DNA of 64,000 nt from Octopus bimaculoides (taxonomy: Eukaryota), in assembly GCF_001194135.2 (NCBI RefSeq), contig NC_068987.1:19139726-19203725 (forward strand), read 5' to 3'. Positions 28,101-41,916 of this stretch are shown one piece after another. The notes under the pieces were generated by a model. The model did no database searches and had not been told where the DNA came from. It worked only from the letters and a program-made list of their open reading frames with translations. The stretch's first letter is position 1, and the number at the start of each line of letters is the position of its first letter. The position numbers were made by a program, and so were the translations under genes.

Positions 28101-31100
28101 CATGTGGTTTCAGTTTCAGTCCCACTGTGTGGTACACCAGACAAGTGTCTCTTACTATAACCATGAGCTCGTAAAAGCCTTGTGAGTGGATTTAGTAGAC
28201 AGAAACTGAAAGGAAGCTGTTGTGTGTAACATTGTCTTGACATCATGTGATAGTTGTAAACAAGCACTGCTGCCAGTGAAAAACATGTCTGACCATGGAA
28301 AAATGTTGGTTTCAAATTTTGACACAAGGCCAGCAATTTCAGAGAAAGGAGTTGAGTGAATGACATCAACCCAATGTGCAATTGGTACTTATTTTATCGA
28401 CCCCGAAAGGATGAAAAGCAAAGACAACCCTGGCAAGATTTGAAACCATGGAGAAATACTATCTTGCTTGAAAACAGGCGAGGATTGGCAACAGGAAGGG
28501 AATTCAGCCATAGAAAATCGACCTAAACAAATTTCTCTCTGACCCATGGAAAAAGGATGTTGAATGATGATGAGGCAATTGAAAACACGTAAAACAAAGA
28601 AAACAAGTGTGAGGGTTATTAATAAAATTATTTCACGAAAATATCTTGTGAAAAATTCAGGTAACTAGACTGTTTTACAAGACAGCACAATGCTTCAAAC
28701 TTTAGACATTTTATCACTTTTAACTTTATCACTTCATCAATTTATAACTACCAGTAATACTCTGATATCATGCTCACTGCTATTAGGAAGATTTTCTTAT
28801 ACGAAAATATAGTAGTTACTGTTATATTCCTACCACTTCCCATCATTCATTACAGGTAGATAGCAAGTAATGATTTTTTTTTACACATGAAACTAGACTT
28901 ATGGAGGAGAGAGAGAGATTGAGATGTTAAAGACATCACCAACCTAAGTGAAGAATCAGTTCAAGAATTAGGACTCAAAAACTGGGTTGTGCCTATAGTT
29001 TGCTGGCAGCTTACTTCTGCACTAAGGTAAGTGGTTGCTACTAAGTTGTACAGCAATGAGTTGATGCTGTTTTACTTTTATTAGCAAATGAGTGACAACT
29101 GGTTTATAAACTGACAACCTCAACATATTTAATATACACCCTCCCACTACATTGGAGGTATCTGAAGGGAAAAAAACAAAACAAACTAACAGTAGTATGT
29201 GAATGACAAAATCATCGAGTGTTGCTCACTAACAATTAAGCTTACTGTTGTCAAATGAAGATGACTAATTAATTAGCTGCAATTCAGTGAAGTATCATAA
29301 CACCATGGACACAAGCCATGGAGCAGGTAGGTAGAGTAAAGAATCAAACATCTACTACCTTTGTTGTTGAATGATAAAAATGTAACACTCAGCAAGTATT
29401 AAGCAGTTGCTGTATAACCCAAGGCCAGAAGTGAGCAGACCTATGATCAAAAGGATTGCTGTTGTGACTTGTCTTTTTCATAGACAGTTCAATTATGCCC
29501 ACATGTTCCAATTTATTTTAAGAACAGTGTGTGATATGAGGGAGATTTGGCTGCTATTTCATGTCCATCGTGCAACCTTGTAGAAACTTCCTCACTGACT
29601 TGGGAAATGGTCATAAATGTGAAAACATCCCTCAAAAACAGAAGTTATGTCTTATCTTTTTTTTATTGTTCGTCACTGGACTGTGGCCATGCTGGGGCAC
29701 TACCTCGAAGGGCTTGATTGATCAACAGTGCTTAATACTGGTACATATCCTATCTGCCTATTTTGGCAAACTGCTAAGTTACAGGGATGTAAACAAACCA
29801 GCACTGATTGTTAATCAGTGAGGAGGCACATACACACACACACTTCCAAAAAGTTTCGATCAACCAAATTGATTCGCAAAAATATTTGTCAGATTGATGA
29901 AAGGTGCCACACCCTAAGACCGAACTGAGAACCATGCAATTGTAAACTAAGCTCCTTAACCACACAACCATGCCTGTATGGAAAATTCATTTCTTATATA
30001 TAATAAGAACAACATGTAAATTTACATTGCTGTTATATTTCTGGTTTGATCAGAAGAAATATTCAGATTTTCAAATGCAGTCTCAGAAAATATGGGAAAA
30101 GAAAATAGAAACAACAGCCATAATTTAGAGAGGAATTGGCAAAAAAACAAGAGGCTCAGCATGCAGGTGAAACTAAAATCAAAAGATGGTGCTGGAAATT
30201 CAAATTTTAAACACCACTGTTTAGTTTCTACATTATTTTCCAACTAACTATAAATACAGGTCAATTTTATTGACTTGCTTAAGAAAGTTTAATCTTTAAA
30301 ACTGCAATATAGTTATCCTCTTCTAAAGTAAACAGATTCACCAGATGAGCCAATTGAAGGGACCCCATCAGCTATTCATAGCCCAATCACCTTCAAATTA
30401 CACTCTACCATCTGAATAGAGGATACATTGGATATCTTAGTTCTAGATACTACTATGTTTGAACAAAGAGTGGTTTACAGCTGGTATGCATTTGATCACA
30501 AATCTCTTCAGATCAAAGCTAAACAACATTATTAGATATATCCGCAAATTTAGAACCCCTCATTCATGTTGTTTTTGAACAAAGAGCACAGCTTCATTAT
30601 CTAAAGCCAGATAACTAATCTAAGCAGAACAATATTCTTACTAGCAATTTTAAGTCAACTGAAGTCATGACCATATGATCTGCATATGTATATAACAAAT
30701 TACTAGATTGACCAATGTATTCATCTTTATACAAAACAGAGTGATGTGAAGGTTTGACTAGTATTTCTTAAAACAGATCAATACCATATAGAGAGGTCCT
30801 TTATGTGGATCATCTAAATCAATGTGGCGGTGGGGGGAATGATCTCTTTTCATTTGCAGGAGAACAGTTCTCTGAAAATGCCTGACAGATTATTAATGCC
30901 AAAGTGTGTGTGACAATTGTATTATTGTTATTTGAAAAATTTAACCACATACTAACAAAGAGAGATGTCCTCTATTACAAAGATAGCATTCAGATGTCAT
31001 TTGACAGAGAATTAAGATACATAATGTAATCATTGAATAGAATCAGACATCCAAGTCGCAATATAAATAGCTTACAAAACAGCAGATTTTACAGAATAGG

Positions 31101-34100
31101 TTTGAAGGTAATGTTTCAATTATGATTCCTTTTAACAAAATTCCAAAACATGCCAAATGCAAAAATAAATAAAAACATGGCACCAGACCCAATTTTCACT
31201 ACTTTAGTATATAAAAAAAAAAACATTATGGGAGACTTTGAAAAGAAACCTGGTTAGATTAATCATTGGATTATGAGATTCACTCCTGACAAAGTAACAA
31301 AACTGACCAGTCTGCTTTGTAAAACCTTTTTAAAAAATTTATTTTTATATTCGAGTTTATAGCATTAGAAATAAGTACCCAGCCACAAAAGATATTACAA
31401 CGTTGGAAAACATGCTGGCACAAGTCAAGGGAGCCTAAGCTATTGCATATGAGAGGTAACAGCCTTGTTTCCCTCCATGTATACACTACCATCTTATAAA
31501 AGGAAGGATGCATTGAGTAATATAGTTACTGTACTTGAGAAGACATCAAACTAAGTAAAATCGCAGTCATCCATACAGGTTTGTCCTTCACAGGTGCTGG
31601 TATCATGTAAAATGCACATGTGCCAGTGCTGCATAAATGCATCCATGGGTGGCACATAAATGCCCCCAGCACACACTGTAATGTGGCTGGTGTTATGAAA
31701 GGCATCCATCCATAGAAACCATGCCACAACAGATAATTGGAATCTGGACAGCTCCCCAGCTGGTCAGTTCCCTATCAAACCATCCAACCAATGCCAACAT
31801 ACAAAACATGTTAAATGATGATTATAATGATTGGAAAGAGATAAGTTGCCTGATAGGTACAGGTGTGACTATGTGGTTGAAAAACCTGCTTCCTAACTAC
31901 GTGGTCTTAGCTTCAATCCCAGTATAGCACCTTTGGTGTCTTTTACTATAGCCCTGGGTCAATCAAAGCCTTGTGAGTGAATTTGGTAGATGGAAACTGA
32001 AAGCCTATAGTGTCTGTCTGTGCTTGTCACATCTTATGACGATTGAAAATGAGCAACTCCAATATACAGGTAATGTTATTTGCTTCCAATTTCTCACGGA
32101 AACCATGTCTAGGCATGGGAAGCATTATTTTGCTTGGAAATAGGTGAAGGCTGGCAACAGAAAGAGCATCCAGAGTAGAAAATCTACCTCAACGAATCCC
32201 ACCTAACCAGTGCAAGCATGGAAAAGTGAACATTAAATGGTGGTGGTTATGGTTGCAACACCTTTGATCAGGTCATCTCCAATTAAGACTGACCCAAAGC
32301 AACATAACGGACGCTATTTCAACACATCCATTATTTCAATACCAAGCAACAAATCATTAGAAGAAAATAAATTTCTTTCATTAAAAGAAATTGCATTTTC
32401 TTTAATATCAAATAAAATGCCTGACTGAGAAAAATACCAAAATAAGGAGTATCTGGAATCTACAACCTTCCAGCACCATTTTAACGCAAGAACCTTTATA
32501 AGTTATGTTGTAAACACTACTCCCTTCTTATGATAAAGTTATTTTACTAAACCCTCCAAATTCTTATTTCCAAAACAAATGAAAACATGAAAAGCAGGAT
32601 GATCCTAAGTGGAACATCTTTGATCACAGGTCTGTTTAATCACAGCTGCCTCTAGGACTTGACAAAAGATTACCTAAAAAATTTAATCAGGAAATTAAAA
32701 AAAAAAAAAAAATAAAGTCATGAAACCAAACTTGGAACAACAAAAATACAGTAGAAGTAAAATGAAACTGAAGCATACCTTGAACTTTCGTCACAGTCTC
32801 TAAAAATAGATAGAAAAAGAGATTTTGTAAAATATAAACAAAATAAAGCAATAGTTCAATTTATACGTAAACAATGAAGCTAAAATCAACATTAAATTCT
32901 AGCTCCGTATTTGTTACTATTATAGTTTTCATGACTATGGTGTGTATGGACATCAAGTTTAAAGCTCAATGGTCATTGTTTTTACTTGCTTCTACCTGTT
33001 GACATAACTGAAACATTTTTAACTGAAATGGTTGGCATCAAGAAAGGGCACATAGAGATAATGAAAACACTGGTGATTACTATGATACAGAAGATTATAC
33101 TTTGAGAGTCTTTTCAGAAACTAGACGGCTGAACTCTAAAACCTTGTTAGAAGCATTGTTATATTTCTAGGCATACAACTACTTGTCTTAAAAGAAAAAT
33201 ATTACTTTATACCTCCAAGTTGAGACTTATGTGTATACATGTTTACTGAAATCATACTAAACCAGCAAGTGCTTGTGAAATTAAATAGTTACAAGCATAT
33301 AGAAAAGTATTTCAACTTCCTGTGAAATGCAAAACTACATTGCATTATTTCAAATTCACTAATGAGGAGGTACAACTACTATATTTAACTTATGGAAAGT
33401 TCTAAGTGGCCCTTTACCAAAAAAACCAGGTTAACAGGATCCGATCAAGTCACTCCTACTGCATTGTTCAAATGTTTTAAGTGCTGCTGAAAAAGAATGT
33501 TGTCATACACAAACCCCTAATGCAAACAACTCGCAAATGACAACCAGCTTTTTTAGAGGAAGCTTTTATTCAGTGACCTGATCTGGTAGAAATAGCTAAA
33601 TCTCATTCAAACAACACCCTATTTTAGAGAAGACATTAAGATAAAATAGTCCTTAAAGACATGACAGTCACAACTGGAATCGCTTTCATCACAGTCCTGT
33701 TTATTAAGATTGACCTGGAGATAAAGGAAAAACAAAATTTAAATAACAAACAAGACATGAGAAGTGATGCTGAGGCTCCAGTTTGCGAAGAGTACCAAAT
33801 ATCAAGAGCTTACATATTGCACTTAATTCCCATTGCTCAAAATCCAATACCTAATTATTTAATTCAATGCTTCATTCATTAAATGTTAATCAGTACCATT
33901 ATACTAGGTAAAGTGTTAATCCTGATGGGAATGGTACCTATAATCAGTTGAATCAACTTCATGCTACTTTTACCTATTTCAAAGACACTAGTGAGAAATC
34001 AATCTTACACAAGCTGACTAACTGAAAATATCCGACTAGACACCATGGAGTATCCAATTCCAGCTGATTCATCCACTCTTATTCTTTTACTCGTCTTAGC

Positions 34101-37100
34101 TATTGGACTGCAGCTTTGCTGGGATACGCCATTCAAAAGTCCAGTCAAAATAGACGCAACTCTTATTTTTAAGTCTACAGGTCTCTCTTTTTACTGAACC
34201 ACTAAATCATGCAGTTGTAAAAAAGAAATTAAAAAAACAGCTATCACGAGTTGTCAAGCAGAGTGTGTGGAAACAAACCTAAATACACATATATTGTTGG
34301 TGTTAAAGTCAGCCAGTAGTAGAAATCATGCTAAAGTCGACACAGAAACACAACAGTCTTCTGACCTGACAGACCATTCAACCTATGCTAGTATAGCAGC
34401 CAGATGTTACAAAATGATAATGACACACACACACACACACAAATTCACTAGACCCAAAGGTCTAGGAGACACTCGACCAAAGTTTCAAACAGTGGGACTG
34501 AACCCAAAACCACATTGTAGTGAAAGTAAACGTCAAACAACTTTCATAGGCTCTCGGACCATAAAACCTCAACATTTCAATAGACATACAAAACATTTTT
34601 AACTGAGGCAGCGAGGGAAGTAATTCCCTACGTGTTCATTTCAGAAGAAAGTGGTTATCTTCCCTTTGCTAGATGTCCTTTATGACACTAATTTGTCAAA
34701 TACTGAAGAACAGCGAATTACTTTGAACGAAGTAGATCAATATTTTTACGTTTCCATACCTTGAAACTACCATGAATTAATTGAACAATAAAAAATTTAT
34801 GCATTCGTTAATCAAAGAACTTTTTAACAACTGCCACCCATATTTCTGGCTGATCAATTTAACTTCAATGACAAGGACTGTATTGGTTGGTTGGTTGATA
34901 CCAAGGCTATATATAATCAATTGGTGAGAGCAGTGGCAAAGCCCTATTTCATCACCAGAGTAAAACTGACCCTTTCTACTCAAAGTAAAACTGACAGGGA
35001 TGTCAGCATTTTTCATCAATTTAACGTCTACATTTCCATACTTGCGAGGGTCACATTGGGATTCATTCAAGCAGATTTTTCATAGTGGAATGCAATTCTT
35101 GTTGCCAACCTTCACCAGTTTCAAAGCAAAATGATGCTTGCTCCAAATCTGGACATGTTTTCATGAGAATGCAAGCAAGCACCACAGCATGAGGTCAAGA
35201 CGAGACAGAAACAGCCACCACACACAGGCTTCTTTTTAGTTTCCGTCAGCTAAATTCATTCACAAGGTTTTTGATCAGTCTAGGGCTATAGTAGAGGACA
35301 CTTGCACAAGGTACTGCACTATGGAATAGTCGTGAAGCTAACTTCTTTAGCAAGCAAACATACTGTCTGTATATTTATCGTATGTCACTCATAAAAAAAA
35401 TCAGCCTCAAGATTTAACTAAAAACACAAAGCCATATATGTGTGTGTGTGTGTGTGTGTGTGTACACACACATGTGTATCATATATATTTAAAATGTATT
35501 AGGGTTACTGCTTTTACTAAAAGACCCTGCAAGACTGCAATGTTATGACTGAAAAAGTAAAATATATACACAAATATGCATATTACACACACACACAATC
35601 ATGTGTGTGTGTGTGTGTGTGTGTCTGAAAAATTAATATAAACAGCAGTTTGCAATGTTTCATCAAAAGGGAGGATTATAATCGCCCCCCGAGTGTGACT
35701 AGGGTGTTAGAAACACCTACACCATTAGAAATAAGAGCTAAAATGCTCCGATGATGCAGTCAACGCACACAAATGAAACATACGCTAACAGGGACCGTAA
35801 TCAACCGAAAAATGCCGATATACACACACACATTCAAATTAAAATATTTTTGCTAATTTTGTCTATTGTTTTTCTCCCAACACATTCGTTGCTCAGACAA
35901 TGCCGAATAAAATTCAGAGATTACATTACAAACTAGCTATTGTAATGTCAAAGCTATTGGTTAAAGTATAAACAAAAGAACTGGTTATAGAAAGCAGTCC
36001 TGACTTACTAATTCACTTGAAATAAATTTAGTAACAGAAATGTATTATGTGAGGGGGGGGGGTAAAGGAAAGGCATCACTAAAGCTACAAAAAAAAAGAA
36101 AGAAAGAAACCAAACAAATTACAAGACGAAATTTAGGATGCTAATAATAATACTTAAATGCAATATATATCTGTTTTCTCTATTTTATAATAGTATTAAT
36201 AAATTTAGGAGTCTATACTTAAAATATACCCATATTGTAAGAGTGTAGGTGTGTACTAACAATTGAAATGTCACTGCTAGAACAGTTATCTTTCACCTGC
36301 GGATATTTGTGTACGTGCTTGGGTACGTATGTGTTTATGTGTACACGCACCAAACTGAAATAGGAGGTTGGGGAAAATTTCCTAAGTACAATGTACAAGG
36401 TCAAATTCGTAAAGGAGAAAGAAGTGACTTTTTATTTTAAAGATATGTTTTTGAGTCCTAAGTCAACTCTGATCATGTTCCTCCCAGGTTTAAGATGCTG
36501 GCGTGAGAGATGAATTGACTGCTATTTCTAGTAGGTCGAGCGTCCATGAGAGGACTCTCGTCGACTCGAGTACATATTTTTGACCCAGATGGAATTTGTA
36601 CTCAAGAGTTTTGAGAGGATCAAAACTAAAAACAACCACTGTACACACATATATGAATATATATGTACTTGTCCAACAGCTAAGTAGGTACTGGGATATC
36701 TTTTATCGTGCTCCAGTTCGTGTAGATCAAACATTTGGAGTACAAGAAAACAGCAGATGTTATCAAATGAAATACACTCACAGCAACAATCCCACACAGA
36801 CAAGAATAAACAGGAAATTTTAGCATCTAGTCAGAGGTAAAGAGTGAACTCAAACGGTAAACAAAGTGAGATTTAGAGGAAGTACTCATTAGTCGAATCT
36901 ATACGAAATGGTAAATGGTGAAGTGGTAAAAATTTACTGACGGAGACTTAGCGTGTTATGTCCACAACTGGAAAACAAATGTTTTTACTGGATAAAATTT
37001 CGAGACATAATCAATAGGTATATTATTATAAATGTTGCGTAAATCCAGTAGCAACATGACAGCGTTTATATTTCATACACACACAATATTAAATACATAA

Positions 37101-38294
37101 TTTAATGACAGTTAAAATATTTGTATGTGTGTGTGTATATATACATATATATATGTACACATGCATACATACTTATTCATTCTCGTATATCTAAAAATCT
37201 TTCATGTTTATACTAAATTCTTACAAATGTTTCCGTTATCAAAATGACCTGATTAACCAGTGGAAGTGGGTGTTCCTGAAGAACAGTAGCCAAAATAAGA
37301 ACGGATGTGAATAAAATCGGGAGCTATTATTTCTGCTAGCAAGAAAGGGATTACATATGATGCTTGTGTACGTGATGCGATGCTGCACAGAAGCGGAAAA
37401 AAGGTGCACTTAATGCACATGATGTGCGAAGGCTGACGAGAAGAGATGCGAGTCTGTTGCACGAGATGAGTAATGGTGTGTATTAACAATGACTGAGGAA
37501 AAGAAGAGCTTGAGACAAAAACTGTACAAGATCAAATGTAGCTGACAAGAGAACATTGCGATAATACGGACATGTGATGTGTATGGTGGATGGCTGTTGG
37601 GTGTAGAAGCGTTGAGCGATCCTAGCAGAAGGAACCTGCGGAAGAGGAAGGCTCAGAAAGGCAGAAACGGTGAATACTGATGTCAAAGAAGCTGAACGTA
37701 ACAAAGGAGATGCCAAAGGACTTGAACGAATGGCGAGACGCTATGTTAGAAAACGACTAGTCTAAAAACATCATGCAAGCATGGAAAATAACAGACGTAA
37801 AAATGATTTTTTTTTGCGTATTAGAAAGGCGTGTACAGACAACACAGGTACAACAACAACAATGAACGTATGAAGCATTTAGAGTTTCCACATCTTATAC
37901 TTACATACTACAATACACGACAATGAATATAATTTTAGGTCTTGGGCAATTAACAGCCTACCAGTACAAATCACATAACTATTTATACTAATAATACATG
38001 TAGAGTATAGGAGCTTACTAGCACGAATTGCTGCCACTGACTGACTGACATGTTAGAATTTTACACAAGCCCGTGTTCGGTTAGTAAAAAGCAAGAGGAG
38101 GACTAGATTACCAACTCCATTTAATCCTGAAAAGCTAGCCATAAGTGATACGATGCCACGATATTAAACAGCTGATTCAGTAATAGCGGATAGAGAAATG
38201 TGTACGGTGGAAATGGGACGCTACTCTTTAAATGAACATTGCACAAGCACACGCAAGTGTATGTACGCGCGCGCACACACACACACACATACAT

Positions 38295-38331
<37 letters not shown>

Positions 38332-38810
38332 CGTACACACAGACACATCTACAGTTAGGAAGCATATCTAAAATAGTAGCCACTAGGAAATAAGTTTCAC
38401 ATATCTTTAATAAAAAAGAGAGAAAAAAAAACATGTAGCGACCTTCTTGCTTTTCAAGAAGGGTACTGACAACATATGTGGAAACTGTCCCAAAGGACCC
38501 ACGAAACGCATTTTCGACAGCTTACGTATAACCCCCCCCCCTTTAACCCCCACCATTCCTGGAGAAAAAAAAATCGGTTAGTCAGCGAGGATTTAAGCAG
38601 TCCCTGGAGGACAAGGACAAAAATACGACCCTTGTCTATATTAAGATCGCACATTCAGCTCGATACTTGCGATCCAATCAGAAACAATTAAATAAAAGCT
38701 AATTACAATCACTGACTGTTTTATTAATTAGGAAAGAACTTTTTAGAAATTAGAATGCCCAAACGAATACATAAGACTGGGTTATTTTCTATACTCGTGT
38801 ACTGTGATGC

Positions 38811-38877
<67 letters not shown>

Positions 38878-41871
38878 TATATATATCCGCTGTAGAGAGT
38901 TTGTCTCCCTTGTCAGTCATTAAGATGATGCTGTCTGTGGTTATTGAGTTGCTTTGACTCTTATTTCTAGCAATGCTGGTACTACTTACTACCCTGTCAC
39001 TTTAGTGACGCCTATAATTTTGCCTAAGCCATCCATCCATATATATATATATATATATGCACATACACAGAATGGGAAAAGCAGTTAAGTGGAAGTATTC
39101 AATACATAGAGTAATGAAGATGGCGGTGTGTGTGCGTGTAGTGAATTCTTACATCATAAGCAGAACCCTATACAAGTGATGATAGAAGTAAATACAACAG
39201 AGTGATGTCTCCTCAAATGGCATTACTGTCGTACGTAATCCAACTGGAAATCGAAATCACATCTTGTCTCATGACACCTTCTGAGACATACATTTACAAC
39301 CGAGCACGTTTACATCCGCAAACAAACGAGTATCACATGGACTAACGAAACAGCCTTCATGACTCGACTTAGTTTACAAACAAGCAACCTAATTTCCTTG
39401 AATTCCCACTCTGACGTCTAGAAAAAAAAGGGACTCATTTAATGATCCAGTCTCAGATACGTGGTCACGGACTGGAACGCCTTTCTTTCACTACAGGTCG
39501 ACTAAATTAGGACCTAAGTGGGACTAAACAAGATACACAATAATACCATATTTGGGTGTTGAGATAAAAAAAAAAGGTTGAAAATATCGAAAAGGGTAAA
39601 TGTTAGAGTTCCGAATGTGAAAGAAAGCATTGTGTGCACGTGAGAGAAGAAATATGAGAAAAAAGATCGATTAGACTTTAATGCGATAAATTTGGTTATC
39701 AACCAGTTCTTACAGGAATCCGACCTTGCTTTTCACTCCCTACAAAAGGGGGGGGGGCGTGACAAAGTAGCTATCAGTTGTTTATAGCCAAGTGAACACT
39801 GATCGAACAGACTTGTGATCTAAGACATTTTTAGTTGTTATACCTAAAGTGCATTTCCACTTTTGACACGGTGGGAGTTTTGGCTGTTATTGCTCGCTGT
39901 CAGAACGACTGTGTAAGGGAGAGAGGTTTTCCTTTCGTTATACTGAAACACTAGAATCTATGAAAATTAATAATAGTTTGCGTCGGCAAATACCAAGCAC
40001 AAAAGTTCACAAAGTGGAACACCAGTTTGTCATGAGAAGGAGAAGTCTGTCTCAAACAGGACCCCTTCATCGGACAGATGAATGTTTACATTAGGTGGTT
40101 GTTGAGGCCCAGGTCAGTAGCGATTGAGCACATTTACATTCATGTCGCGATTACCCCTTTGTATACACCGTGGACAAATACTATATTCTCCGATGTGTCC
40201 TTCTTTAAGACGATAAGAATGTAAATTGAAGACTATTCAGCTGCTATGTCTAGCAGGTCAAGCGACTAGTTGAAGGCTCCCTCGTGACTCGCCCTGCATT
40301 AGGTACTTTGAAATATAAACAGGCATCTTCTTACTGCCTCCTCCGTCCTAAATGAAAATGCATGCCTCTTCAAAATGTTGAGACGGTGTTTAGGACGAAA
40401 TGGAGTACTGTCACGTGACACGACCGCCATATTGCCGACAAGAAATCGAGAAAAAGATAAATAAAAAAAAATGGCCGCTGCTTCGTTGAAAAAGGAACGA
40501 GATGGGTGGTTTCCTTTCGAATGTTTACTAGGGAAGAAAAATTCGACAGTAAATTCAAAGTCAAAATCCTGAGCAGGGACATGGCTAAAAGACTTAGACT
40601 AATAGCGAGATTGAAAATGTTAATCTCGGAACTGAAAGGCTCTATATCACATATATGGACTGATTATTATATAAGAAACTCGAGTAGTATTTATATAGAT
40701 TAATCTGGTGTATATTTGTGCTGTTCACAAGTTTGCGTTATGTTATGGGAAGACAAGACTTGTTCTGGGACTGTATCGCTTTCCCATCCATCACAGAGAA
40801 AATATCTAAAGTTCTGTGATTGTGTCTTAACGAAACCAAGAGTAAAATACTAAATGCATGTATGTAAATGGGTGCATACATACGTGGGAATTTTGAAGTT
40901 TTAAGAAATACTTTTAATCGATCTATAAACGTGAAAAAATGCCAATGAAATAAATGAAATATAATTCATACTAAATAAATCTAGTCTTTAGATGGAAAAT
41001 TGTTAAAGCGCTATATTAATGAACGAAACCAAAATGCTTCAACAAATTTATCGAGATAGACAGCATGAGAATTTATAAATCTATCTAAATAAAATAATTT
41101 TGATAACATGATTTATAGTGAAGAAATGTATTCTGTAACTTGAGTTATGTCTCATGAGCTACTTTCTCAAGGCATAAAGAAAAATAGTGCTGATAACTAA
41201 GTTTCTTATTCAAACTAGCCGATCGGGGAGCAAAATCAATCCCTTGAGAGCATTCTACAATATCAAATCATCCTTTTTTCTATGGTAGAGAGGCTAAAAT
41301 AATCGATTAAGATCGATGTACCAGTGAAATCAGCATGGTTGAGAGACGAACCTCCCAAAATGTGAGAACACGTGGTATTCAAAATGGACGTTCAGGAGGC
41401 GGAGAACGTGGAGTCATGGAAAGCTACACTAAGAAAAGCTAATATCTTAGTGACGAAGAACAACAGTAAACACAACCACCCCACTGAGTACATACACACG
41501 TATATATAATAATTACAAATACAATAAATACACACATATATAAAGGTATCGAACACAACGTGTCTAGTAGATTTATTCAGCTACAAGTTAGCATACGGTT
41601 GTCTTTTGGACCCAGGTCAAACTTGACCGAGAGACCTCTGATCAAAGACATTCTTTCATCCATGACAAACATTTTCCCCCCACAGATACAGTGTGCATAT
41701 CTACATTCTCAAGCGTGTGGCTTTTTTAATAGAGTAGCATATGATTTTAAACAGATTCGGTTGATATTTCTAGCAGGGCAAGCGAACACGTAGAGACAGG
41801 CTCCTGCTTGGCTCGAGTTACCTACCATACGCTAAATAACTTTTGTTGCATGTACAATATATATATATATA

Positions 41872-41916
<45 letters not shown>

